A stretch of 63,789 bases of DNA, counting the filler, from Octopus bimaculoides (lineage: Eukaryota): the NCBI RefSeq assembly GCF_001194135.2. It is 7 parts of 5 records of this genome, joined end to end, with 100 filler letters (N's around TTAATTAATTAA, not from the genome) between each part and the next. Parts side by side here need not be neighbours in the genome. Positions count along the whole stretch, not along the records: positions 9,974 to 30,239 come from NC_068990.1; 6 more parts are not named here. One strand, given 5' to 3'. A program made the translations under genes and the position numbers. The notes beneath the pieces were generated by a model. It worked only from the letters and a program-made list of their open reading frames with translations, was not told the origin of the DNA and ran no database searches. Of this stretch, positions 12,094 through 25,270 are shown piece after piece (position 1 is the first letter of the stretch; each line of letters opens with the position of its first letter).

Positions 12094-15000
12094 TGTTTCT
12101 CTCACAACCCATCCTAAAAAAGGAAAACAGAAACAAAACACCCGCGCACAATGGGAAAAGCGTAAAGATGTATAAGAGTTATAAGTATGGTTTATATTAA
12201 CGGAGATGAGAAGCGGCACATACAAAACATTGGATCTAAACGAAAATGAAATATAAATATGTAACAGAAAGATGGTGTGGCGGCGGTGGGGTGGAGAACC
12301 CATACAAATTATATATAATACTAGTATGTATATCTTTTAATACAAACTGGCAAGTTGCATGAGTCAGCAAAAGCTGGAGATCAATTTTCACCGAATATCT
12401 TTCTATCTGTTAATCCTGGCTAAGTAATAAATCATTGCTAAGACAGCCCAGGTCTCTTTCTAAACTACAATTCTATTTTCACTTTCAATTTCCAGTTTGG
12501 CTATCATTTTTCGTTTCCAACGTTAGTGAATTGGTTAGTGTATACTTATATATGTATACGCAGTCACGGGTTCTCACACACCCCTAAACAAATACAAGCA
12601 TATATATATATNNNNNNNNNNNNNNNNNNNNNNNNNNNNNNNNNNNNNNNNNNNNNNNNNNNNNNNNNNNNNNNNNNNNNNNNNNNNNNNNNNNNNNNNN
12701 NNNNNNNNNNNNNNNNNNNNNNNNNNNNNNNNNNNNNNNNNNNNNNNNNNNNNNNNNNNNNNNNNNNNNNNNNNNNNNNNNNNNNNNNNNNNNNNNNNNN
12801 NNNNNNNNNNNNNNNNNNNNNNNNNNNNNNNNNNNNNNNNNNNNNNNNNNNNNNNNNNNNNNNNNNNNNNNNNNNNNNNNNNNNNNNNNNNNNNNNNNNN
12901 NNNNNNNNNNNNNNNNNNNNNNNNNNNNNNNNNNNNNNNNNNNNNNNNNNNNNNNNNNNNNNNNNNNNNNNNNNNNNNNNNNNNNNNNNNNNNNNNNNNN
13001 NNNNNNNNNNNNNNNNNNNNNNNNNNNNNNNNNNNNNNNNNNNNNNNNNNNNNNNNNNNNNNNNNNNNNNNNNNNNNNNNNNNNNNNNNNNNNNNNNNNN
13101 NNNNNNNNNNNNNNNNNNNNNNNNNNNNNNNNNNNNNNNNNNATATATATATATATACATATACATATATTTATATGTGCGTGTGTGTGTGTTTTTATAT
13201 ATATAAATATAAAGGTGTATGAATGTATGTGAACATACACACACTCTCATATATATCTAAGTATGTGTATGTGTCCGTGTATAAATACTCTTATATTGTA
13301 TAAGGATCATCCTCACTGATTATTGCATCATACAACACAACAACGATATGTTTAACAGCAAAAAAGAAATCACATAAAAATCTCCATCCTCTGATAATAA
13401 ACAGAGAACAGCTCTAGCTCGGGGCTTTTGATGAATTTTTTGAAAGTGTTTCTGCATTGTTAAGCACTGGGTTAATAAAGGCTCTGACTATCCAATCCAC
13501 AGTGATTGCCAGTGAGGACATATCCATCACTGATCAAATCTTGTATAGGAACAGAGCAGCTTATAACTGCAATCCGGATATTTGCTTTTCTTTCTGTGCC
13601 TGCTTCTTTAATCTGTCGGTGCATTTGTATGAACGTTGTGTGGTGTTTGTTGCTGTGTTGTTGTAATAGTGGCGGTAGTGGTGGTAGTGGTGGTGCTTGT
13701 GCTGGTGGTGGTGCTGGTGGTGGTGGTGCGGGTGGTGCGGTGATGGTCTCGTTGTTGCGTGCGGTGCTGTTTGTGGTGATCGTGTTGGCGTTTTGTGTGT
13801 CGTGATTTGCCGGTAGAATTTGCTGTTGGGTGCTGTATAGAGTAATCATAATGGTGTCACGTGTATGGTGTCGATGTGTTAATATGCCTGGGTTGTGATG
13901 GTCGGCATGGACTTTATATGATGGGTGGGGTTGTATTTGAAGTTTTGAGGGGATAATCATGGCAACGAAGATGCTGCTGTATGGATGATGTAGGTGTGTT
14001 GACGTGTTACGATGATTGTGGTATCGATGCTAATACTCTTTGTGTTGCGGTATATGATTAAAGTTTGCTGATCTGATGGTGATGTTGTCATTGTTGTTGG
14101 TGACGCTGGTGCTGTATGAATGGCGAAGATGTGTTGATATTCTGTGTGATGATGGCTGCGCTGATGTTAATTTTATACTGTATAATGCTGTGCGATTACA
14201 ATCTGGTTATGGTGTCGATGGTTCTCCTAATGATGATACCATGATACTCTGTGTGGTGTCTATGTATGTTTACCATAGTTTTAACTATGGTCGTGGCACG
14301 TTATGGAAAGGGTCGCATGATTCTGGTGGAGAATGGTTGTGGCAATGTTTTATTCTTTTTTCATTGGTAGGGTGATGTTGTTGGAGTGTCATGTGGGATG
14401 AGAGAGTCTGATATCTCGCGATGTAAAATTCTCGGCCCGACATCTTGACTTTATCATGTAGAAGGCGCTAGACCGCTAGGTTTGACTTCTTATACTGGTC
14501 CCGATTATCATGGCAGTTGTTGCTGTAGTGTGGTGTAAGTTTACGGACTGCTGACTTGATACCGATAATTTAAGTTGTTTTGGATGCCGACGATTGTGGT
14601 TTTAAGCGGGGGTTATTGTGGCTTTGTTCTTGCTTTTGTCATTTGGTTGAAGAAGCTTTGGTGGTAGTTCTATTAATCATAAAGACTGGTATCGGTGATA
14701 GTACCAATTTTACTGTTATTGTGGGGCTTCTGTCATCGCTGATAGCATTGTGATGTTGCGGTAATGATGATTGCTGCATAGCAGCTGGTGTACTGGAATA
14801 AAGGTGTTGATTCCGTATGCAATGCTATTGGAGATTGAAGGTGCAGTAGTGGTTGTTGAAAAAGCTGTACAGACGTTAGTGCAGCGACGGCGGTGTTGTG
14901 GTAGTTGAAATGGTGCAGGTAATGATTTTAGCTTCCCTTTATTATACTATATAATATTGCAGCGTTAGCAATAATACTCATTATGGTGCCTATGTACATC

Positions 15001-15278
15001 AAGCTAGAATGTTACAACTGATTTGAAATATTGTGTAAATGAGTGTAACGTGTTGTGTATGATAGATTACAAAAATTTCTCTTCCTGTTCCATCCATTCA
15101 ACATAGCCAGCACCGAATTCAATTAATCAATAATTAATCATATTTTTTTTTTATTATCATTATGTGATTTTATTTCCCGGTCTGAAGTATTAAGGCGATT
15201 CATTCTGGTGAACAGCAAAAAGCATCTCGCGTGTTCAAGTATCCAGCACTTACCTATATATTGTTGCTGTCCCTAATT

Positions 15279-15500
15279 CGAAGGTCGGCTGAAAAGTTCA
15301 TAACCTGACCAAGATACTCTCAAGGAATGTGACCAAATGAGTTTATTTTTCAACATAGACCTTTTGTGGCCAATTTCCTCAATCGGAAATGCAGTGCTTC
15401 CTGTTGGTCACAAAAATCATCAACAGCAGACATGAGGTCGTTATCACTGCGATACTCTTTCCCACTCAAGTGTCTTTTCGTGTTGGAGAACAGATGATCA
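15279..15500 (-). mobile_element. Mariner transposase 3' remnant with one terminal repeat
   Basis: Minus translation DHLFSNTKRHLSGKEYRSDNDLMSAVDDF, then a frameshifted YVEK-stop; TIR-like CGAAGGTCGGCTGAAAAGTTCATA at the left end. Confidence 0.65.
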
Positions 15501-16784
15501 ACTCTGTCATAAGATAACAAGTATAAATGTTGGTCGGGTCAGAGTAGGTGCACGTCTTGAGAATGGGATACGATAAAGTTCGATAAAGTGAGTGAGAGTA
15601 AATTGTTCAATGATGATAAGGTCTACCTCATCAACGACAAGGGCTGCATAGCTTTGAGGGAATTGATATTATCATCAGCTCCGATGACAAGAGCACATAA
15701 GTACTTGGTACATAAGAACGCATATTAGTGATCTCTTTGTAGACCAATGAAAGACGAATTTGAATAGAGTGGAGTTGGTAGTACACGAAGAATTAAAAAG
15801 ATCTGTTAAGGTATAAGGTTTTTTGCAGGATGTGATGAACAAAGGAAGCCACTATGCTTCCAATGATAGTCTTGCAGCAGTTAAAAGTGGTTAAAAGTCA
15901 TCTAGCGTGCACGGTAGGGATGAAATTATCTGCTGTTGGAGGCTAAAAATTTCCTTGGTTACTGCAACACATGAATGATTTGAGAGATTGCGATGCATTT
16001 TAATTGTGAGCGATATCTTAAGGATCACGCATCAGATGATGATGATGAAGATGAAGTGGTGGAATAAAATGGTGATTATGGTAATGGTAGTGTTGCTGAC
16101 GGTGGTGGTGATAGTGGTGGTGGTTGTTTTTGTCTATTGAAAACAAACTTGACTTGTAAATTTTCACCAAGACTACATTTTCAGTGAGATAGAAGAGCTC
16201 ATTAGAATTCTTATTTCATTGAGCTTTTCACTACAGCCTATCATCTCTCCGATCCTAAAGAGTCAGGTATACAACAAAATTGTCAGTGACTAAGCAATAA
16301 TCTTGACTTCTCTTTCATTTCGTCGTGTTGAGAGGACAAAGGTCTAACAAGTTGAGACTAGGTATCAGGAGTGTTATGAGTAAAAGATCGCTCTCACTTC
16401 GTGATACTCAGTGGAGTTTATTGCAGTGTTCACTTATATGTTCTCTTGGGCTGTTGAATTATCAATGAAGAGATATTGTCGTTCTTGGTGTCTAACACCT
16501 GAACAGTCTTGATCCACCAATGGCATTCCAGTCCTAGTCATCTTCATGTGTTTCAAGTTTAGTATATCCTGGATTAAGTTGATTGGTCTTCCGTTTTGTA
16601 AGAAGTTAGGCTGAGTTTTGAGAGAATTGTGGCTTCTGTTTCAAGTTGGTTCTTCGACTACAACAAGTCACTTCGACTCTTTGTTATTTTGATGTGTTGT
16701 TCTGTTAGCAATATTGACAAAAAGAGTGTTAACTTGTTGGTGACAGTCAGGTTGAACATATAAAGGGTGTTGTGGAGTTGTTTG

Positions 16785-16877
16785 TCACACGTCGGCAGTG
16801 AGTCGTGGGCTCAGTTTTGATATGGGCATGGGAGACGAAGGTGGTTTTGAAAGAGAGACAGGTGCAGTGTGGATTAA
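16785..16877 (-). CDS. Candidate terminal coding exon of an unidentified gene (LIHTAPVSLSKPPSSPMPISKLSPRLTADV*)
   Basis: Pyrimidine-rich acceptor ...TTTGTTCAAG; joins in frame to the 17405-17460 exon. No homology recognised. Confidence 0.25.
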   Translation of the reverse strand, partial: LIHTAPVSLSKPPSSPMPISKLSPRLTADV

Positions 16878-17404
16878 CTTGAACAAATAAACATTTAAAA
16901 CAAAACAAGAGAGGAGGCAATCAGAATAAAGACATATGATCCGTAAATAAACACACAAACAAAGATACAGACACACGCCAATGATTATATACGCATATAA
17001 TATATATGCGTGTTTGAGTGTGTGTCTATGCATATGTGTGCATATACAAACGTATATGAAGGTGCATGCACACACATATACCTGTACACCTTTTACTTGA
17101 TAATCTTTAACAGTCTGCCCGATATAATGACACATAATCTTGTTTTCCCACTCTGCCTCCCCGTACTAAAACGTGAAGACGGTAACTATGGAAGGGAGGG
17201 GAGCAGAGGAGATTACTTATTACCTTAACTCTGTTGTTGGGTTGGGTATATTTTTAATCGATACCAATTAGCGGAAAGTAATATTAAAGATAGAATATCA
17301 AATGTATATAAGTGCGTGTGAGTTTGCATTTGTGTGTGCGTGCGTGTGTGTATATATGAGCGTGTGTGTGTGTATATGTGTATGAGGGGTAAGCGCGTGC
17401 TTAC

Positions 17405-17460
17405 ATTTCTGCGTACTGGTTGTATTGTGTTCGTGTTGGTGCTGCTGTGTAAATGGAAAT
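17405..17460 (-). CDS. Candidate 56-nt internal exon of an unidentified gene
   Basis: Strong acceptor TTATCGGCTTCCTCCCTTAG and donor AAT|GTAAGC; open in all three frames. Confidence 0.35.
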
Positions 17461-18090
17461 CTAAGGGAGGAAGCCGATAAAAAAATAAAAGAAAAACTTA
17501 TATATAGGATAATTATCGCATGAATATTGAAAAGTAACAAAACTTGGTAATTATTCATTTTATTGATTACTGAAGGATAAAAACCGAAGTGTGGCTTGGC
17601 CTGATTTCAACGAAGCTTTGTTTGGTAGAGGTGGGGGAAAAAAACGCAAAATAAAAATAAAAATATACACAAAGAAAACTAAATAAAATATACTTAGTTT
17701 ATTATCATTACATCTCTAACTATTATAGAGACAACTAGCTTGACTGATAAAGATATGGACTTATATGGCTAAAAGGTTTCGCATTTGGTCTCCCTGAAAC
17801 CTCAGCTGCATTAATAATTTCTTACGTCTATGATGATGATTGTTTGTAACCATCATTGATGCGTGGCATGAATCATATTGTAAAACGAGGGTATAGTGTT
17901 GTAATTGTTGTTTAATCCCGAGTATGTCTGCATCGAGTTGGCCAATGGCTATCTGTCTATTTGTCGCTCAAGAGCTACACTGCTTAGTATGACCTTTCCT
18001 GTTTTAAATATTTAGAGTGTAAATTTATGGTTATTTGACTGCAAATTCTATCAACTTTTACGATGTGCTTGCAGTTTGGTGACAAATTTA

Positions 18091-18124
<34 letters not shown>

Positions 18125-18127
<3 letters not shown>

Positions 18128-18340
18128 GTTCAGGTGGTGGTCTAGGAGATCCGTTAGGAATTTGGACAAGATGTTTAACGGCATTCCGTCCGTCATTACG
18201 TTCTGCGTCCAAATGCTGCCGAGGTCGACTTTGCCTTACATCATTTCTGAATCGATAAAATAAGTACAAGTCAAGTATTAAGGTCGATACGATCGAATTT
18301 CTCTTCCCCTCAAAAACTGCTAGTCTTTGTGCCAAAATAT
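18125..18340 (+). mobile_element. SINE family B, diverged
   Basis: GCCGAGGTCGACTTTGCCTT..CATTTCTGAATCGATAAAATAAGTAC core. Confidence 0.7.
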
Positions 18341-18615
18341 GAAGCTTTTATTTTATGTTTCGTTACAGCGTTCAGACATTTTCATCTGGATTAGAAAGAA
18401 ATAGGTTTCAAATAAATGAAGATAAATTCTCGGTGTTACCTAGCAAACTTATCCTTTAGAGAGGTGACTTCACATTTTAGAGCAGCAGTTTAGCGAGTCG
18501 ATAAAGCATCGAACTTAAACGCTCTATGTTTATAACTAAATAATACAACTCACAATGGCACATACCACTTTGTAGTAAATAAGTTCGATGCACAGATAAC
18601 AGCAATAGAGATAAT

Positions 18616-18828
18616 CCTTTCTACTATAGCCACAAAGTCTAGGTTTTGAGGGTGGGGGATATTCGATTACATCGACCCCAGTACTCACCTAGTACTTATT
18701 TTATCGAACACGAAAGAATGAAATATGATGTCGACTTCGACGGTATTTGAACTCGTAACGTGTAAACGGATGAAATACCTCTCAGCATTTTGCCCGGGAT
18801 GCTAACGATTCTGCCAGCTCGCCCTCTT
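18616..18828 (-). mobile_element. SINE family B with about 17-bp target-site duplication
   Basis: Flanked by ACAGCAATAGAGATAAT (18599-18615) and ACAGCAATAGAAATAAT (18830-18846). Confidence 0.82.
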
Positions 18829-21375
18829 TACAGCAATAGAAATAATGACATAGTGTTATTGCACAGCCAAGTGGACTAGCGAGTAAGTTCCTTCAACAAT
18901 TAACGAAAGCTCAGTAAATGTTACCGAACCATACTCACCTGTGACGACTAAGTTCTTGTTTTTGTTGTTATTTAGTCAAAAGTGAGCCTTAATTTAATAG
19001 ACTTAGGATAAATACTGTAGCTGCTTTTACAATTACATCTTTGTGGAATCCATCTTTGTGTCTTTATAAACTAGAATATGATTTCATAGAAAGTTGGGTA
19101 TTACTTCTATTAGGTCGAGCATACAAAGAGAAGCTCCCCTATTTGCCATATTAATTAGTATATATTTAGTTTGATAAATTGGTTTAATGCTTCCTTCAGG
19201 ACCAGCGATTATACTACTAAATCAGTTCGGTATATTCTGCAACCAGATATTCTGAGATTTGCATGTTCTCCATGATTTTAATGTTTCCTTGGCAATTAAT
19301 AATCATCAAGTTTATTACATTGATAATAGCATTAAATGCATCAAATGTTAATAATTAAAAAAGACTATTACTTTAATTTTTATAGAAATAATCTTGGTTG
19401 GATACAAAAATATTTCTTTATTAAACTTAGCAAGGACGTTGTACAGCTAAAAGTCTCATGGTTACTACACGGTAAAACACTTTCGTGCGTTTACATCGAA
19501 AATTGGTTTAAATGGTTGTAAGAAGTTATGGATCAAGTGACAGGAGCGGGTAGCTTATTGGAAATGAAAACTGAATGTAAGCTATGTATATATTTGTTTA
19601 TTTTTTGTTGTTGCTTTAGATTATAGAATTAAATATGAAACAATACAAATCTGATATTAGTGGTGTTTAGAATGTCAGGTTCAGGTTTTGTTTTACAGAT
19701 GAAGTTTAGTTGATTAAGCAGAATATGGAGCAGTAAATGTTTTGGTGACGGGTAGGGTAATAGCTATTTTGAATAAGGACTGTACCCATTGCCTACTTCA
19801 GAACTTCTGCTGAGGAATTAGAAGTAAAGGTGTGTTGTTACTGAAGTAGTTAGTTGGAGAAATATCTTAACAGAAGATATTTCTACATAGTTTTGAAAGG
19901 CAGCTAACGAATAAGGTGAGATGATGGAAGCCGAGAAAGTAAGTATGTATATTTACGCAACGTGGTTCTATATTGCATTGTGAAGAATTGGTTACCATAA
20001 TGTTTCTTAATTATGAGCACTTAAATACAGTTCCATAGCGTGATGTTTATCTACATTGAAACACCCTCTTAATATGGGGTTAGTAGAGATCATTTTCAGG
20101 TGATCAGTTACGTACTGAAAACAGCTACACAACCAGAGAATAACGAAAAACAAAGTATTTTCCTGCAAATTGCTTAAACTTACTATGCTTTTCTAATTCT
20201 TGGGTCCTCCTATTGCAACTGTTCCAAACCACCGAAAAGTTACATTTGAGCTCATCGTTATAATTTAACGATACTTATGTTAAAGCTGTATTATACGTGC
20301 AACACCCAGTTTTCTATTCAAGATTATGGCATCAATTTACTGATATATGGACAAACCAGTGAAATACTAGGGTCAATATGATCGTTTAGAACCCTTAAAT
20401 ATGTCCTAGCATACAAACGAATGACTGAAACCAGTAAGATATTAAACGAATATGTGTATGTGCTTCAGTGAGTATGTGACTGTACTTATGAATATAAATA
20501 TATACACATATCTAATATGTGGTGGAACAGAGAACAAATTACTGTGGTATTTACATTTATAGCTTTTCAATAACAGCAATTTGAAACTTTTACCATTTAC
20601 GACTTCCGCAGCCACTCAACATCGCAGCCCCCATCGATCTTTACATAGCTGCCAAACTATGGTGAATGACATATTGTCATTGACGTTCTGTTGAAAGATA
20701 ATGGCTGCACGTTTGGCAGACATGTCTGATATTGCTTAACTATATTCGATATAGCTTAATGTCAGTTTTGAAAGCCGTTTTCCCACTCTTGGACAACTGC
20801 CATGCTTCTTTTGCACAGTGAAATATATGGAGGCTTTTAGAGCGTTAACTCGCTGTCATCATATTGATAAACTGCAACCAAAGAGTTATCTCCCGTGATA
20901 CAGTCATGTGTGTGTGCGTACGTGTATGTGTGTGGTTTATTATTTTAGCCTATTTGTCTGACATGTCTGGTACATTTGCCTGTCTTGTCTATTGTAAACA
21001 AAAAGACACATGCGTGAATATATAAAGATGCACACGCACACATACGCATCCATTCTTATTTCTTAATATGGTAAGATAGCATTTGAAAGTGATTTGGTTG
21101 ATAATTCCTTCAGCTTGAGCGACGGTGTTAACGGCTCATTCAAGATGAGCAGACTAACAGAATGTTCTGCATGTGTTAAACGACGTACTTATGCATATAT
21201 TATGTACGAGTGTATTTATGTATGTATTATATTTGTATGTATTTATGTATGCATATATGTATACCTGTATATAGATTTAAGTCATATATTTCACATTTCG
21301 AACATAAAGAGAAAATTTCCAACCCAGAAAGCAAGGGCCTTCACAGATTGGACAACATCGAACATATCAATACGT

Positions 21376-21407
<32 letters not shown>

Positions 21408-21489
21408 TATACGTATCTATGTATGTGTCTCCTCAGAGCCTGTCTGTGTATTTATTTGTTCATGCATACATGTCATTGCCTAGGTGATT

Positions 21490-21700
21490 CTGTATGCTTT
21501 GGTTATATACGCGTTGATATACAAGTCTTTCTGGTTTCGTAAAGCCTAACTTCTCCAAATTGCTTCTCAGCCGGTAAGATACGTAGAATTTACTCCACCA
21601 ATCACCACTACACCTGGATTTATAATAAAGATGCTGGATTAGCAAATCTTTTCATTTGAGTATAAAAATCTTCGCTTTTATTCATTAACGTTATGATCCC
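21490..21700 (-). mobile_element. R4/Dong-like LINE C-terminal remnant
   Basis: LRSNLEKLGFTKPE matches the remnant at 52915 (LNTNLEKSGFSKPE). Confidence 0.45.
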
Positions 21701-22054
21701 ATCTGCTCAAAAACTGAATCCTATATATGTGCACGTCCTGCTATCAATCTCAGGTCATTATGGCTCTTTTTTTTTTGTTTAGTTTATGTATTCACCGAGG
21801 ATTTCGCAACAACATTCCGCAAGTTTTCTTTCATTATACTGGATAGAATAACCTCCGCGTATTTGTTACTTCATACATTCCTATCTACAGTATTGAATAT
21901 TCTATGTATTCTATGAATTGCACTTAATGCGGCTTTCGTCACTTTATCTTGCTTATCATCATGGTGATATTTTCGAACAGTGATAATGACGTGGGACACT
22001 CGTATGATAATTTGACAAATACTGCCGGTTGTTATACTGTGGCGGATTATACTA

Positions 22055-22644
22055 CAAGGTGTCCACAAAGTCTGGGTACATGGGGATTTACACATACTTT
22101 AAGAAATTATTATTTTTTATATTTAATTACTCTTTTACTCTTTTACTTGTTTCAGTCTTTTGACTGTGGCCATGCTGGAGCACCGCCAGGACTTATTCTT
22201 TGGAAGCCTAGTACTTATTCTATCGGTCTCTTTTGCCGAACCGCTAAGTTACGGGGACATAAACACACCAGCATCGGTTGTCAAGCGATGTTGGGGGGAC
22301 AAACACAGACATACAAACACATACATATATATATACATATATACGACAGGCTTCTTTCAGTTTCCGTCTACCAAATCCACTCACAAGGCATTGGTCGGCC
22401 CGAGGCTATAGTAGATGACACTTGCCCAAGATGCCACGCAGTGAGACTGAACCCGGGACCATGTGGTTGGTAAGCAAGCTACTTACCACACAGCCACTCC
22501 TACGCTGTTTATGTTATGATTTTATTTACTCCGTGTACCCACATGGGGATTAACACATACTTTAAGAAATTATTATTTCTTATATTTAATTGTTTATGTT
22601 AGGATTTTATTTACACCATGTAGCCAGACTTTGTGGACACCCTG
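22055..22644. mobile_element. Tc1/mariner-type MITE carrying a SINE insertion
   Basis: TIRs CAAGGTGTCCACAAAGTCTGGGTACATGG and CCATGTAGCCAGACTTTGTGGACACCCTG, with TA at 22053-54 and 22645-46. Confidence 0.8.
22129..22505 (-). mobile_element. Full-length SINE family A inserted in the MITE
   Basis: Reverse complement runs GCGTAGGAGTGGCTGTGTGG...GAAACAAGTAAAAGAGTAAAAGAGT. Confidence 0.9.
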
Positions 22645-23059
22645 TATAACCTTTCTTGTTCGTCAGATATTTTCTTGTTTACCTTATTCTCCGAGATTTG
22701 TGCTAATATGAGCGTCTGTGTGTATGTATTTCGTGTGTGTGAGTGTGTTTGTGTGTGTATATGTGTATGCGAGCGTGTGTGTGCGAGTGCCTGCTAGTGC
22801 CTGTGTGTAGGTATGTACGTGTAAGCGTGTATATATCGATGAATAGATGCTTAGATAGAGGGATAAGTTTTGTTTAAATAATTCCTTTCTGCTATTACAT
22901 TCTAAAATCTCAGGATCGTCCGATGTATCAGGCAGAAAATCTAGTCTAAAGCAGAAATATTGACTTCAAAAATTATGAATCACGACCACATGCAAAAATA
23001 TGTGCCAATCCTCCAAAAAGTGGTACCTGAGCTTTTGTTAGTGAAAGCCTTCCAAGTTT

Positions 23060-23275
23060 TCGTTGGCGTATTCGGATCACGCTCGTAAGATTGTGAGTTC
23101 GACTCCCGGCCGAGCGTTGTGTTCTCGATCAAAACATTTTATTTCACGTTGGTCCAGTCAACTCAGCTGCCAAAAATGTGTAATTCTGCGACGGACTGGC
23201 GTCCTGTCCAGATGAAAATGTATACCCCACGGAAACCGGTCCTATAAGTCTATATGACTCGGCAAGGAATTTTGT
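23060..23275 (+). mobile_element. tRNA-derived SINE family C
   Basis: GAGTTCGACTCC B box and GCGACGGACTGGCGTCCTGTCCAG; homologous to the inverted copies at 26140 and 26680. Confidence 0.7.
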
Positions 23276-23464
23276 CCTATATATATGTGTGTGTGTGTGT
23301 GTGCGTGTGTGAGTATGTGTATGTATTTATGAATATGTATACATATATATAGGTATATATGTCTATGTATGTATATATGTACGTATGTATGTGTATATGT
23401 ATGTATGTATCTGCCTATGTATATGTGAATGTATGTGCATATAGCAGTGGATACATGGTTTTAT

Positions 23465-23505
<41 letters not shown>

Positions 23506-23761
23506 NNNNNNNNNNNNNNNNNNNNNNNNNNNNNNNNNNNNNNNNNNNNNNNNNNNNNNNNNNNNNNNNNNNNNNNNNNNNNNNNNNNNNNNNNNNNNNN
23601 NNNNNNNNNNNNNNNNNNNNNNNNNNNNNNNNNNNNNNNNNNNNNNNNNNNNNNNNNNNNNNNNNNNNNNNNNNNNNNNNNNNNNNNNNNNNNNNNNNNN
23701 NNNNNNNNNNNNNNNNNNNNNNNNNNNNNNNNNNNNNNNNNNNNNNNNNNNNNNNNNNNNA

Positions 23762-23806
<45 letters not shown>

Positions 23807-24491
23807 TATACATACTCAGGACACAGAGTCCACCACCAGAAAAATATGACAGGAAAAGGAGAGAGCGAAGGAAAGCAAGGAAACAAAGCTATACACACAC
23901 CCTGTTGAATAAACCGTCTAGTATGTATATTTTCTAAATGTAGAAATGGCGACATGTATGATATTTCTATTTCTACAGCAATAATTTCCGTCATATTAAA
24001 ATATATTCGACCCCTAGCGTACCCTTCGTTTTGTTTACACAATAAAACATCTCGCATATATATAACGATAATTAATACAACTGTCGGACAAAGTGGCTTG
24101 CCGGACACAGGAATAAATTTAAAAGAGAAGAAAATAGCATCTACACTGTTAAATGATTGATGGAGGCAAGGACAACAGCCTGATCATTTCATGTGGGTTG
24201 TGATGGTGGTGGTAATTTGCAGTGGTAGTGGTGGTTGTTTGGGTGGTAAATGTGGTGGTGATACTGCTGGGGTAGGGTTGTGGCGGCGATTGCATTCGTG
24301 GTGCTTGTAGTGTTCGTAAATTTAGTAACTCTATATTATTACTATTAATACCAATGCAAAATGTTGATCGACTGACACGGTGCTCAGCTCACGTTCGCAA
24401 TATTTCTATATTGTGTTTACTCATGTATGTGTGTGGCCGTGCGTGTGTGTGTATCTGTGTGTCTGTTCATACAGGTAAGCATGTATAATAT

Positions 24492-24526
<35 letters not shown>

Positions 24527-25191
24527 NNNNNNNNNNNNNNNNNNNNNNNNNNNNNNNNNNNNNNNNNNNNNNNNNNNNNNNNNNNNNNNNNNNNNNNNNN
24601 NNNNNNNNNNNNNNNNNNNNNNNNNNNNNNNNNNNNNNNNNNNNNNNNNNNNNNNNNNNNNNNNNNNNNNNNNNNNNNNNNNNNNNNNNNNNNNNNNNNN
24701 NNNNNNNNNNNNNNNNNNNNNNNNNNNNNNNNNNNNNNNNNNNNNNNNNNNNNNNNNNNNNNNNNNNNNNNNNNNNNNNNNNNNNNNNNNNNNNNNNNNN
24801 NNNNNNNNNNNNNNNNNNNNNNNNNNNNNNNNNNNNNNNNNNNNNNNNNNNNNNNNNNNNNNNNNNNNNNNNNNNNNNNNNNNNNNNNNNNNNNNNNNNN
24901 NNNNNNNNNNNNNNNNNNNNNNNNNNNNNNNNNNNNNNNNNNNNNNNNNNNNNNNNNNNNNNNNNNNNNNNNNNNNNNNNNNNNNNNNNNNNNNNNNNNN
25001 NNNNNNNNNNNNNNNNNNNNNNNNNNNNNNNNNNNNNNNNNNNNNNNNNNNNNNNNNNNNNNNNNNNNNNNNNNNNNNNNNNNNNNNNNNNNNTATATAC
25101 ACACACACACACACATATACATATATACACAGACAAAGAGAAATAATGAAAGAAAGAAACAGAGAGGGGAAAAGGGACCATGCGATGGATA

Positions 25192-25270
<79 letters not shown>

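Noticed and set aside
13472-14900. Pro/Thr/His-rich ORFs in a strand-asymmetric G/T-rich block
   Set aside because: This is a mosaic of decayed GGT/GTT/GAT trinucleotide repeats with stops in all frames over the block and no recognisable domain or splice structure.
17826-17955. Phase-compatible upstream exon for the 17405 candidate (donor GAC|GTAAG)
   Set aside because: The acceptor is weak, and the central part resembles a dispersed SINE fragment (TTTAATCCC...ATCGAG) similar to ones near 39280 and 54370.
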